From an uncultured Candidatus Saccharibacteria bacterium (lineage in GTDB: Bacteria > Patescibacteriota > Minisyncoccia > Phycocordibacterales > Zambryskibacteraceae), in contig CAZFAS010000001.1 in assembly GCA_964516975.1 (NCBI GenBank), forward strand, positions 18,823-82,822: DNA of 64,000 nt, read 5' to 3'. The position numbers were made by a program, and so were the translations under genes. Shown in pieces: positions 54,401 through 60,502 of this stretch (its first letter is position 1; each line of letters begins with the position of its first letter). The notes below the pieces were generated by a model, which was not told the DNA's origin, ran no database searches, and saw only the letters and a program-made list of their open reading frames with translations.

Positions 54401-55959
54401 CAATTACAATTACAGGATTAAATAATGGAACAACGTATACATTTACGGTGACTGCAAGTAATGCAGTTGGTACAAGTACTGCATCGAGTGCTTCAAATTC
54501 TGTAACTCCAGCAACAGCACCAGATGCACCCACAAATGTCGCTGCAAGTATCGGAGATACAAGTGCAACAGTGACATGGTCAACACCAGCATTTAATGGA
54601 GGATCTGCAATTACTCTATATACAGTAACTGCAAGTAGTGGGGGCCATACTGCCACGAGCACAGGAAATTCAGCAGTGGTTCTTGGTCTCACGAATGGCT
54701 TTTCGTATACATTTACTGTAACTGCAAGTAATGCAGTTGGAACAAGCACATCATCAGGAACAAGTAATGCTATTACTCCAGCAACTGTACCAGGTGCACC
54801 GACAAATCTTGCAGCTACTGTTCAGGATAGCAGTATTGATTTGTCATGGACCGCACCAGCATCAAATGGCGGTACTCCAATAACCGATTATGTTATCGAA
54901 TACAAACTTTCAAGTGGAGGCACATGGGCAACATTTAGTGATGGTGTAAGTACAAGCCCATTTGTTACAGTCACAAGTCTTTCAAATGATAATTCGTACG
55001 ATTTTAGAGTTGTAGCAAAAAATTTGATTGGACTTGGTGCATCTTCTACTCCAGTAAGCGCAACTCCAGGTGCACCAGCACAGGTTTTGATACAAGGATT
55101 TTCAAATACGACTGTTCCAACAATTGGAACAAATGTTCGAATAACAAATGAAGGTTCAGTTGCGTATGAATATCAATATACGTGGTGCATTACAGATTCA
55201 AGTAGTAATCAATGTGGTGGAGGAGATGATATTTTTAGTTCAACAGCTGCAAAACTAGTTCAACCAGCTGAAAACTTCGATACCACATTAAATTCTACTG
55301 TTCCAACTCCTGGAAATTATTGGTTTCATATAAATGTAAATTTTGGATCAGATTCATCACAGGCTAGTCAATCATTTACAGCTATTCCATCTGGACCTGC
55401 TACAGCTCCTGGCGCACCGACAATTGGAACCGCAACAGCAGGTGATGGTCAAGCAGTTGTAACATTTAGTGCGCCAATAAGTAATGGTGGGTCAGCAATT
55501 ACGTATTACACAGTAACATCAGATATTGGGAATTTTGTAGTATATGGCGCTTCATCTCCAATAACAATTACCGGTCTTTCTAATGGAACAGCGTATACAT
55601 TTACTGTTACCGCTACAAATGCAGTTGGTACAAGTACTGCATCGAGTGTTTCAAACTCTGTAACTCCAGCTGCTGCTTCAAATGGTAATACTGGCGGTGG
55701 TAGTTCAGGTGGTGGTGGAGGGGGAGGGGGCGGAGGTTCATCCACACCAGTGCCAATTTCCAATGTTCCAGGCACCTATAAGCTTTCAGATTTAAATAAT
55801 GATGGAAAAGTAAATTCAGTCGATTTCTCTATTTTACTTGCATTCTGGAAGACAAAAGGTCCATTTAAAAATCCAAAAGTCGATATAAATAAAGATGGAA
55901 AAGTTGACTCTATTGATTTTTCAATCATGTTGTATGATTGGGATAAAAGAAATTTCTAA
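39403..55959 (+). CDS. Giant (~5500 aa) exported surface protein: GLUG/Gly-rich repeats, 16 FN3 domains, C-terminal dockerin
   Basis: Signal peptide; ~49 GGL(V/I)GxN repeats with GGxGGx inserts; 90-aa FN3 repeats; duplicated DLNNDGKVNSVD / DINKDGKVDSID dockerin-type Ca loops. Confidence 0.9.
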   Translation: MFFRFLPRQILKISSVYFTVVLVLIFAIAPRIIFADEASNVDAIVTTEVSSVVTSTVPEQQGAQQENSIVDPVVSTSVPEVVGNDSATTSNVESSYEAGDVIATSTSEIAVSTTTDSTLPNNVVIDESGSSTPSFAATSTPNSSDSSFVPSLDAVSGASSSSVPTSTVPSIVEQDTQTGKTLTISATPEQELITPMVNIPVKTEIPEIFKIGQENQIQVKWQNNGNQEMQFTALDEDGNGYIDHIEWIVPHLSTQTFSIIYISHALQLDPNKNVIADIYDQVKDKDGTYAYLSDSQFVRATFEHILDNTKDITLYAKPHNEGSSVKIEVYTLNGDLVAVFDAIDHEGKYRVLLTNLSTSTDTFDLKIIGDVDIDQIIDPAPATAYWVGGTGNWSDAANHWASSSGGAPGAGNAPDATSNVVFDASSGGAATVVTIDSSATVGSMTISAYTGTIIQNANLTITNSGGQSGNYVQNSAVTFTATNPGTNTLTVTGSFAINAGTFRRYTGLGISSDPFLIYDVYGLQGMKTSTSSAYKLNNNINAATTTGWNSGAGFDPIGNGFPNTFGGIFDGNGYTISNLFISTTTSSYVGLFGYITNVVKNVNLSNVTIAATSTNGTAGSTGSSGSDGSATSAGTAGGAGTAGSTLYLGGIAGYNTGTITNVSVTGSITGAGGAGGNGGNGGNGGNINSGSNTAGAGGNAVSNAAATGGLAYVGGIVGYSQQGSITTATSSATILGTGGAGGSSGNAGNGGNGSVGGVGTGIGGAGGAAGVAGAGNIAYVGGLVGWVQTGTITSSFATGNVTAKGGAGGNAGTSGTGGNAGVGAGGANIGGIGGAGAAGGAAGASYAGGLVGNNLGTIQNGSFATGNVQSIAGTPGTASAGSASGASASGSIATAASSATATGGAGGAGAIAYAGGLVAQNGTSGIITGTSTIVYASGTVTATGSAGRNGAAGGAGGSASLTTSGTGGVGGAAGNGGAGGAVYAGGLVGLNAGTVISASSNTGLITVNGGNGGIGGTGGAGGAKGSAGTSGAGGASGTGGSAAVTSTYAGGLVGSNTGFIQTASSTNAVSAQAGTGGAGGTGVAAQTGLAGLAGGTGGAAGILYIGGIAGNSTLSIADSYHTTGAINGTAGNGGAAGAGGAGGTWSGGTAGAAGTAIIGGVVYAGGIVGNNTGTTIINSYSTSDVTGTSGTGGAGANGGDGYTFTAGVAGIGGSVGLTGGIAYVGGVVGYLNNGEITNSYSTGIITADGGNGGNGGNGGNGGAGSAGTGGAGGAGAAGGAGGAAFAGGVAGNIVLGVVTNSYNTGNVIAIAGNGGNAGNGGNGGNGGTNFAGGTGTVAGAGGAGAVATAGGVAGQSAGVIQANSYSTGNVTATAGSAQVGGTGGNGGASAGTFVGAGAVGGAGGAGGAGAIAYAAGIVGNNTNTIQNSYAGGTILATASAGANGGAAGLGGSNATGGSSSTGAAGANGGAGGAGAVAYAGGIAGLNTAIITNTYIESGSATAAGGAGGAGNTGGAGGVAGTGALGATGGTGGAGGAGAIGYAGGLIAFNSAGTINNSHAFILASSTSGSSGNGGTGGAGGYASTGGTGGIGVVGAASYAGGAVGMNTGIISNVYATGNVIARGGAGSSNGGGGNGGTSSTSAGGAGGAAGAATTNLGGVAYAGGLVGFNSTNGIIQSASHASGNATSTGGVGASGLTGGSGGTSTGAFTGGVGIAGGPGLSGGVAASGGLVGFNSGSVASDSYASGSVYANGGAGGNGGNGGNGGASGAGVVGVAGVGGGVGLAGGAAYAGGVIGNDSVLGTTISIPNTTGSVNSLGGTGGNGGNGGNGGNGGSSTGAIGGAGGIAGAGGNGGLAASGGIMGLNVGVIHDVTYTITSINALGGVAGTGGTGGNAGASGNVSGSAGATAGAGGAGGIGGATYIGGLVGDNSGVIVDSIVIGSLTATGRNGGNGGVGGTGGDGTLGTGGHAGGVGGAGGNGSSGGAVYIGGLVGQGNGNIQKSQAVGGTITVTSGGNGGTGGAGAAGGAGGTGSGKNGVGGAGGTGGVVGPVYAGGAIGFNSLVSVLIDTVYSTNNVSVTAGSGGNGGAGVAGVNGAAGSAGGGGGGGGAVGVAVYGGGLEGYNSGAAQNIFNSYATGNVTVNGGNGGTGQVGGTGGAAISAVVGGAGGAGGIGGAGGFAYGGGLVGFTNALVSIASTSATGNVTVIAGNGGNAGNGGAGALGGAGQVGGAGGAGGAAGLGGASYTGGLVGLVTSGDIVNSFSTGIIQGTSGNGGNSGAGGAGGAGGSGVTGTIGTAGTLGANGGVNYTGGLVGDNTSSIVSSYHSGGAISATSGNGGNGGAGGNGGASGSITNGTAVAGGAGANGGVGGAVSVGGLVGRNGVTALSAVITSSYATTNVTALGGNGGNGGVGGNGGDGSSGTNHIGGVGGAGGAGGAAATGLAGSVQAGGLVGQNILGTITGSYAQTGTVTATGGTGGSAALGGTGGVGTGTAVYGAGGAGAAGGAGGSVYAGGLVGYTTGVVEGGSYSKTTLNLFGGSGANGTNGITASANTGAAGSVPGGGGASGIIYAGGLIGYTTSDVVSSYASYDAGTGKGNITVTGGTPGNGGNAGSGGSGLVAGGAGGAGAVATLGTGGASSGAFVGGLLGFSSGVITSSYAESLSISGTEQTGGTGGNGGNGGAGVGANNGGVGAIGGAGGAGGVRGFGGLVGDYLPTLGSIQGNSYSTVTISVVSGNGGNGGNGGNGGTSGASQSSGTAAVAGVGGAGGAGAAAYGGGLVGRITGTTQVIQVANSYASGNVSVTSGNGGNGGTGGNGGNGSTGSSTHAGAAGGLGGVAGVGGEADAGGLVGLSNLTTGSVDYISVYATGYASSTAGNGGTQGTGGNGGASASGAAGGAGGGAVLTPPAGGAAYAGGLIGINRITTTPGQSDIINSYSTGLVSAKGGVGSIGNQGGNGGTGGTIGGAGGAGGASGIGGEADAGGLVGLSSVTTGFVHYQNSFATNGTVTAIGGASGAGGSAGSSTAGGSGAGGTTGASGASAAGGAAYAGGLIAQLNATASNNQLVTASYSTLSVSATGGASGNGANGVIGGAGGTASIGGVGGSGGVSGAGGAAYAGGLIGTNGTAALAGGGVIESGSYATGDVNSISGVVGSAGTGGAGGASNSGTATLAAGGGTVGTTGAGGAAYAGGLVGINAATGVILNSYAAGSVTSLARNGGQGGTGGNGGDASLSTGTGGPGTIGGAAGAGGDSYAGGLIGYNVNALNTVTTSYSTGTTISGTSGNGGQGGTGGNGGSAGIAAAGGAAGAGATAGAAGTLYVGGLIGRNDGTVLLYSYSTSNVVGVAGTGGAGGNGGNGANGAVGTSGNGGNGGVGGSATAGGAGGIAYIGGFVGRNETTRVIKDSYALGTVTASGGAGGAGGVGGNGGNGGNGASAGTGGTGGNAGASGAGTVGGVKYGGGFAGYNFGTISTVYSVGTVSVTGSNGGAAGNGGNAGNGGNGGASGAGGIGGNQGATSNAGNGGVLHAGGLIGYNFTAGVLSNSWTAGSVVTFGGAGGAAGIRGTAGTGGDGGTLAGGAGGASVVGSAGGAGGASIAGGLIGSNITTGSFSNSYASTTVTMTGGNGADGGVGGSGGNGGTGGSGGSGNGGAGQAGSLGGAGGNGGAVTGGGLVGDNTGAITNAYALGNIIASAGIPGAGGIGGAGGNGGAAGGGSVGSNGSGANGGGGGAGANALVGGLLGSHATSLASSTYSVGVPTATKSSGGVGGAGGAAGTGGSGGSAGSTGAAGSSAALQYAGGIVGNPVSGTWASSYWDVTTSGKTDGAGNATTPTNTVGKTTTQMKQQATFVGWDFTIFPVWDIVAASTYPYFNYQTSPDAPTNVTAIAGNGQATITFTPPANMGGGQILSYTVTSSPGGFTATAGASPIVVTGLTNGVVYTFTVTATNANGTSVSSATSNAVTPATVPDAPTIGTATAGNGQATITFTPPVSNGGSTILYYTVSSNTGGFTVYAGSSPVVVTGLSNGTPYTFTVTATNAVGTSSASATTNSVTPATVPDAPTIGTATAGNGQATITFTPPVSNGGSAITYYTVTSNSGGFTAYGGSSPITITGLSNGTPYTFTVTATNAVGTSTASSASNSITPATVPDAPTSVTAVRGNGQATITFTPPVSNGGSAITYYTVYSNTGGFTATGGSSPITITGLNNGTAYTFTVKATNAIGTSSASATSNSVTPATVPDAPTGVTAVRGNGEATISFSAPSSDGGSSIIRYTVTSSIGGLTATGASSPITITGLSNGTSYTFTVTATNAIGTSTASSASNSISPATVPDAPIIGTATAGNGEATVTFSPPVNDGYSSILYYTVSSNTGGFTVYAGSSPVVVTGLSNGTTYTFTVTATNAVGTSTASSPTNSVMPVTVPSAPTSVSATAGNGEATISFTASASDGGSAITTYTVTSNTGGFTATGGSSPITVTGLSNGTTYTFTVTASNAYGTSSASATTNSVTPATVPDAPTSVTAVRGNGQATITFTPPVSNGGSAITYYTVYSNTGGFTATGGSSPITITGLNNGTAYTFTVKATNAIGTSSASATSNSVTPATVPDAPTIGTATAGNGQATITFTPPSNTGGSSISYYTVSSNVGNFVAYSASSPVTISGLSNGTTYTFTVTATNAVGTSTASSPTNSVVPATVPDAPTSVTAVRGDGQAIISFTPPVSNGGSTITTYTVASNIGGFVATGGSSPIIITGLSNGTSYTFTVTAKNSVGTSASSTPSNSITPASTPGSPTGVTAVRGNGEATISFSAPSSDGGSAITYYTVTSNTGGFTAYGGSSPITITGLSNGTPYTFTVTATNAVGTSSASATSNSVTPATVPDAPTSVTAVRGDGEATITFTPSVSNGGSAITYYTVYSNTGGFTATGGSSPITITGLNNGTAYTFTVKATNAIGTSTSSGTSNAVTPAGAPGTPTGVTAVRGDGQATISFTPPVSNGGSAITTYTVTSNIGGFTATGGSSPITITGLNNGTTYTFTVTASNAVGTSTASSASNSVTPATAPDAPTNVAASIGDTSATVTWSTPAFNGGSAITLYTVTASSGGHTATSTGNSAVVLGLTNGFSYTFTVTASNAVGTSTSSGTSNAITPATVPGAPTNLAATVQDSSIDLSWTAPASNGGTPITDYVIEYKLSSGGTWATFSDGVSTSPFVTVTSLSNDNSYDFRVVAKNLIGLGASSTPVSATPGAPAQVLIQGFSNTTVPTIGTNVRITNEGSVAYEYQYTWCITDSSSNQCGGGDDIFSSTAAKLVQPAENFDTTLNSTVPTPGNYWFHINVNFGSDSSQASQSFTAIPSGPATAPGAPTIGTATAGDGQAVVTFSAPISNGGSAITYYTVTSDIGNFVVYGASSPITITGLSNGTAYTFTVTATNAVGTSTASSVSNSVTPAAASNGNTGGGSSGGGGGGGGGGSSTPVPISNVPGTYKLSDLNNDGKVNSVDFSILLAFWKTKGPFKNPKVDINKDGKVDSIDFSIMLYDWDKRNF
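51004..55070 (+). repeat. Tandem ~270-bp FN3-coding repeats (15 units)
   Basis: Recurring PDAPT...YTFTVTATNAVG; 51803-52079 identical to 52883-53159. Confidence 0.93.
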
Positions 55960-55960
55960 G

Positions 55961-56845
55961 ATGAGAAGTTTATTACAAAAATTAATTTTACTGAGCGTCT
56001 TAACTTATGTTGTACCAACGTATGCATATGGTTCTACTATTTTTCTTACAACAGAATCAAAGAAAATTTCTGTGGGTGATACAGTCGTTGTTTCGGTAAT
56101 GTTAAACACAGAAGACGTGCTCACAAATGCGGTTGAAGGGTCAATCATTTTTGACCCAAAGGACGTAAATTATACAGTGGATGTAAGTGATGCGGGATCA
56201 AAACTTTCAATTTGGCCTACAAAACCAACATATAATCAAGTTGGCCATATCATTACGTTTGTTGGCGGAGAGCCACTCGGCTTTACGTCAAAGTCTGCGA
56301 AACTTTTTGATATTATTATCACTCCACAAAAAGCTGGGAATATAACTTTAAAGCCAAGTAATTTTTTAAGTTATAGAAATGACGGAAAGGGAACAGTCGA
56401 TAAATCATCTGTAAGTAGCTTCACGTTATCTGTTGAACAATTGGGTAGTGGTGAGCAAAATCATAATGAGTGGAAAGATGTTGTGGCGGCAGATAAGACA
56501 TCACCTGAGGAATTTATAATTGAAAGTGGCAGCGATCCCTCTGTTTTTGATGGAAAAAAATTTATAACTTTTCATACTAAAGACCTTGAGTCAGGGATCG
56601 ATCATTATGAAGTCATCGAAGGTGATCTACCGGCTGTAAGATCTGATGGGCAATATGTATTACTAAATCAGAATGCAAATCAAAAAATTACAGTCATTGC
56701 ATATGATAAAGCGGGAAATAACAGAGTAGTAGTTTTTAATTACGAAAATATGCAAACAAGTAGCAAGCAAATCTTTTTTGGTGTATTTCTTGCAATACTT
56801 TTAATGGGAATAATTGTATTATATAGAAAGCAGAAAAATAATTAG
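55961..56845 (+). CDS. Cohesin-like domain protein with C-terminal membrane anchor
   Basis: Signal peptide; VGDTVVVSVML...NAVEGSIIFD...ITFVGG...LFDI; DLESGIDHYEV Ig-like domain; C-terminal TM plus basic tail. Confidence 0.75.
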   Translation: MRSLLQKLILLSVLTYVVPTYAYGSTIFLTTESKKISVGDTVVVSVMLNTEDVLTNAVEGSIIFDPKDVNYTVDVSDAGSKLSIWPTKPTYNQVGHIITFVGGEPLGFTSKSAKLFDIIITPQKAGNITLKPSNFLSYRNDGKGTVDKSSVSSFTLSVEQLGSGEQNHNEWKDVVAADKTSPEEFIIESGSDPSVFDGKKFITFHTKDLESGIDHYEVIEGDLPAVRSDGQYVLLNQNANQKITVIAYDKAGNNRVVVFNYENMQTSSKQIFFGVFLAILLMGIIVLYRKQKNN

Positions 56846-56850
56846 TTCAT

Positions 56851-58587
56851 ATGATTCGTTCACAGTACTCATATCGTTTCTTTCAAAGAATTATTTATAT
56901 AGCTTTATTGCTTTGTGTTTTTATACCACAAAGTAATGTTTTTTCAGCGACTTTATCTATTATCCCGAGCCTGTCACAAGTAAATGCAGGTAATATCATC
57001 AACGTGTCAGTTGCAGTAAACACACAAGGTGTTGCTGTAAATAATAGTGAGGCAATAATTCAGTTCCCTCCAGATTTACTCCAAGTAGTTTCTGTGGACA
57101 ATAGTAGCTCTATATTTTCACTTTGGGTTGAAAACCCATCTTTCTCAAACTCTACTGGACAAGTTTCATTTAATGGCGGCGCTCCTAATCCTGGCTACAC
57201 AGGTAATAATGGTAGAATTTTATCAGTTACTTTTTTAGCAAAAAAAGCAGGAACCGCAACAATTCTTATTGGCGATTCATCAGTGAGAGCAAATGATGGA
57301 TTAGGTACTGATGTTTTGTCGACTAAATCTTCAGCAACTATTAACATTAGTAATTCTGCAGTACCAGTTTCCCAGCCTGAAGTTGCAGTACCAAGTCAAC
57401 CAAAGAATGATCAGGCGCTTATTGTTACGTCCTCAACTCATCCACAACAAAAAACATGGTACAACCTAAAGACAGCACTTCTTTCATGGAATAACCCAAG
57501 TGATGCCACTGCAATAAAGACTTTTTTTGGCTCTCATGCTGATTCTGATACGAGTGTTCTTTATACACCAGCAATTTCTAGTAAAAAAATTGAATCAATT
57601 GATGATGGAATTTGGTACTTCCATGTAAATTATAAGACTGCTCGTGGCTGGTCACCAATTACTCACTACAGACTCCAGGTTGACTCAACAAGTCCAAAAG
57701 ATTTTTCAATGCAACTTAAGAAAAGTGATTTTGGAGGTGCAACTGTGGTTCTTCAGGCTTCAGATGCTTTGTCAGGCGTCGATCACTTTACTATATCTGT
57801 TGATAATGAGAAGCCGATCGTTGTACCTGCAGATCAGAGCGGTTCTGCATCAACGTATCTTCCAATCAATTCGACAGGTACACATACTGTTGTAGGAAGG
57901 GTATACGATAGTGCTGGAAATGTTTCTGAAACTTCTTCAAATATTGAAACAAGTGTCCCGGCCTCACTTACAATCGACTCATATCCATCTGCAATTAAGG
58001 TAAATGAAGTCATCGACTTAACTGGCACTTCGCCATATCCAAATGCAACTCTTTCAGTATCAATTCAAAGGGGAGCTGATTCCATACAAACCTTTAATGT
58101 AACGTCAGATGGTTCATCAAAGTATCACTTTGTAAGTAGACCAATTGAACAAACAGGTGCGTATACAGTATGGGTCAATCTAATACAAGATGACGGAAGT
58201 ATTATTTTGACATCAAGAAAGGTAAAAATTGAGGTTTCAAAACCTATTATTCTTCAGATTGGATCATATACGACAACACTTATGACAGTTCTTACACCAC
58301 TTCTCGCACTTATTATTCTATTTATACTTCTTATATATTATGGCTGGCATAGGTTCTTTATCTTGAGAAAGAAAATGAGGGGAGACCATAAACTTATTGA
58401 GGAAAAAGTTCATCGATCACTTAAAATGCTATCTGAAGAGGTCACGAAGCAACTTTCGGCTGTTGAGAAAACAAGTTCTCGCAGAAAAGTATCTGCTGAT
58501 GAGAAAAAAGCCATCCTTGAACTTAAGAGTGCAATTGCAGATATTGATTCTTATATCGAAAAACAGATAGATTCATTAGAAAAATAA
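56851..58587 (+). CDS. Cohesin-like domain protein with Ig-like stalk, TM anchor and cytoplasmic helical tail
   Basis: GNIINVSVAVN...NNSEAIIQFPPDLLQVVSV...SFNGG...ILSVTFLAKKAGTATI; DALSGVDH; TM near residue 480. Confidence 0.8.
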   Translation: MIRSQYSYRFFQRIIYIALLLCVFIPQSNVFSATLSIIPSLSQVNAGNIINVSVAVNTQGVAVNNSEAIIQFPPDLLQVVSVDNSSSIFSLWVENPSFSNSTGQVSFNGGAPNPGYTGNNGRILSVTFLAKKAGTATILIGDSSVRANDGLGTDVLSTKSSATINISNSAVPVSQPEVAVPSQPKNDQALIVTSSTHPQQKTWYNLKTALLSWNNPSDATAIKTFFGSHADSDTSVLYTPAISSKKIESIDDGIWYFHVNYKTARGWSPITHYRLQVDSTSPKDFSMQLKKSDFGGATVVLQASDALSGVDHFTISVDNEKPIVVPADQSGSASTYLPINSTGTHTVVGRVYDSAGNVSETSSNIETSVPASLTIDSYPSAIKVNEVIDLTGTSPYPNATLSVSIQRGADSIQTFNVTSDGSSKYHFVSRPIEQTGAYTVWVNLIQDDGSIILTSRKVKIEVSKPIILQIGSYTTTLMTVLTPLLALIILFILLIYYGWHRFFILRKKMRGDHKLIEEKVHRSLKMLSEEVTKQLSAVEKTSSRRKVSADEKKAILELKSAIADIDSYIEKQIDSLEK

Positions 58588-58625
58588 ATGCATATAAATA
58601 GCCACCTCTATGAGGTGGCTTGTTT

Positions 58626-58769
58626 TCAGTCGATGAAGGTCTCGTGTACCTTCGGGTTCATTATGAATTCTCGTAGCCATAGGAAGGCTCGAAAAATCTG
58701 ATTCGGGAAGATTACACTTACTGAAAAAATGCCCAGGATAATCGCGGCACTTCTTATAACGCTTATCAT
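58626..58769 (-). CDS. 47-aa single-TM orphan peptide
   Basis: GGGAG SD before MISVIR; promoter TAGACA-N16-TATTAT at 58825-58798; hairpin ~58609-58626. Confidence 0.5.
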   Translation of the reverse strand: MISVIRSAAIILGIFSVSVIFPNQIFRAFLWLREFIMNPKVHETFID

Positions 58770-58869
58770 GTATACTCCCGTTTGATTTTCTTTTGAAATA
58801 ATATCACAAATATCTATCTTGTCTAGTAATATACATATGCTACTATTAACACTCATATTTTTAAATATT

Positions 58870-59871
58870 ATGAAATTATCTATTGGAATTGTGGGCTTAC
58901 CGAATGTTGGCAAATCAACATTGTTTAATGCCCTTACAAAAAAATCTGTACCAGCAGAAAACTATCCATTTTGCACAATCGACCCATCGGTTGGTGTAGT
59001 TCCTGTACCCGATGAGAGACTTGGAAAGCTTTCAGCTTTTAGTAATTCAGCAAAAACAATTCCAGCAGTAGTTGAGTTTGTAGATATCGCAGGTCTTGTA
59101 AAAGGAGCTTCAGAAGGCGAAGGTCTAGGAAATAAGTTTCTTTCAAATATTCGAGAAGTTGATGCCATAGCAGAGATGGTTCGAACATTTAAGGATGATG
59201 ACATCATCCACGTCCATGGAAAAGTTGATCCATTGTCTGACATAGGTGTAATTAATCTCGAGCTCGTGCTTGCTGACAGTGAAACAGCAACGAAAAGACT
59301 AGGAAATATCGGAAGAGATATCAAGAGTGGGAGTAAAGAGGCAGTTGCAGAAGAGGCAGTATTGAGAAAGATCGATGAAGTATTAAAAGCTGGAAATCTC
59401 GCTCAGACTGCAAATCTCACTGATGATGAAGAAAAGATTATTCGTGGTATGCATCTTCTCACCATGAAACCAATTCTCTATATATTGAACACTTCTGAAG
59501 CAAATGAGAATGTTGCTGATGAGATTGCAAGCCAAATACATGGTAAGACGGTGAAAGTTGATCCAGTGTTCGGAACAGGATTTGATGATCTGATAACGTC
59601 TAGCTATGAGTTACTTGGTCTCATGACGTATTTTACAACCGGTGAAGATGAAACACGTGCGTGGACAGTGCCGATCGGTTCTATAGCACCAGAGGCGGGA
59701 ACAGCGATTCATACTGACTTTAAAGATAAATTTATCCGTGCTGATGTTATTGCCTGGGATAAACTCCTTGAAGCTGGATCATATGCAAAAGCAAAGGAAA
59801 AAGGCTGGGTGAGAACAGAAGGGAAGGAATATATTGTCCAAGACGGTGATGTTATTGAGTTTAAAGTTTGA
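58870..59871 (+). CDS. ychF: Redox-regulated ATPase YchF
   Basis: GLPNVGKST, NYPFCTI, DIAGLVKGASEGEGLGNKFL, TGS domain. Confidence 0.97.
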   Translation: MKLSIGIVGLPNVGKSTLFNALTKKSVPAENYPFCTIDPSVGVVPVPDERLGKLSAFSNSAKTIPAVVEFVDIAGLVKGASEGEGLGNKFLSNIREVDAIAEMVRTFKDDDIIHVHGKVDPLSDIGVINLELVLADSETATKRLGNIGRDIKSGSKEAVAEEAVLRKIDEVLKAGNLAQTANLTDDEEKIIRGMHLLTMKPILYILNTSEANENVADEIASQIHGKTVKVDPVFGTGFDDLITSSYELLGLMTYFTTGEDETRAWTVPIGSIAPEAGTAIHTDFKDKFIRADVIAWDKLLEAGSYAKAKEKGWVRTEGKEYIVQDGDVIEFKV

Positions 59872-59947
59872 GAAATTTGACAAAATTCTATTATATGATA
59901 TTTTCTAAGTAGTCGTGTCCTTAACCTACAGATGGAGATCTCAACTA

Positions 59948-60160
59948 ATGAAGTCTGAAACTTCGAGCAAAGAAATTGTTAGTTGGATTGTTATGTTTGA
60001 AGTGCCAGATTGTCCCGGGGCACCTTTTACTACAATTAGTGAAAGAAGAGCAACAATCGAGGCTCCAGATGATTATGAAGAAGCCAAGAAAATTGCAATT
60101 TCTTATCTCAACGGGCTTAAGAATGGAGCGAAGGGCCGAGGTTTGTGGAGAAAGGAGTGA
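59948..60160 (+). CDS. Orphan hypothetical protein
   Basis: GGAG SD; promoter TTGACA-N16-TATTTT at 59877-59904; hairpin ~60170-60205. Confidence 0.6.
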   Translation: MKSETSSKEIVSWIVMFEVPDCPGAPFTTISERRATIEAPDDYEEAKKIAISYLNGLKNGAKGRGLWRKE

Positions 60161-60267
60161 TTAGTAATTACCCCACCAGTAACAAAAGTGAATGGTGGGG
60201 TTTCTCTTTGTTAACATACTAAATTAGTACTACAATACTCAGCAGATCTTCTTTGGGAGAGTTCTGT

Positions 60268-60435
60268 ATGAAAATTATCATAACCAAGCGTGGAACTGGA
60301 TATCACGCTGAAGTAGAAGGTCGTACAGAGATCTTCGGCAATGGGAAGACTTCTGACGAGGCGCTTGGTGAGCTCATTCATGCAAGTGCAGGCTTATTTA
60401 ACATACAGCTTGAGTACAGAGATAAGGTCAAATAG
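60268..60435 (+). CDS. Small HicB-like fold protein
   Basis: YHAEVEG..IFGNGKTSDEALGEL resembles the HicB GxTxEEA motif; GGGAG SD. Confidence 0.55.
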   Translation: MKIIITKRGTGYHAEVEGRTEIFGNGKTSDEALGELIHASAGLFNIQLEYRDKVK

Positions 60436-60502
60436 TCTAAAGCCCCACTGATAAGCTACGGCAAACAGTGGGGTTTTTCATATTTAGGAGTATAATTGCT
60501 TT

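Noticed and set aside
39687-55775. Many antisense and alternate-frame ORFs (Pro-rich, His/Gln/Leu-rich) within the giant gene
   Set aside because: Shadow ORFs caused by GGN/GCN/ACN codon repeats
5697-60478. Integron cassettes (attC) as the explanation for the orphan units
   Set aside because: Flanking hairpins are short terminators without RYYYAAC/GTTRRRY ends, the units have their own promoters, and no intI is present
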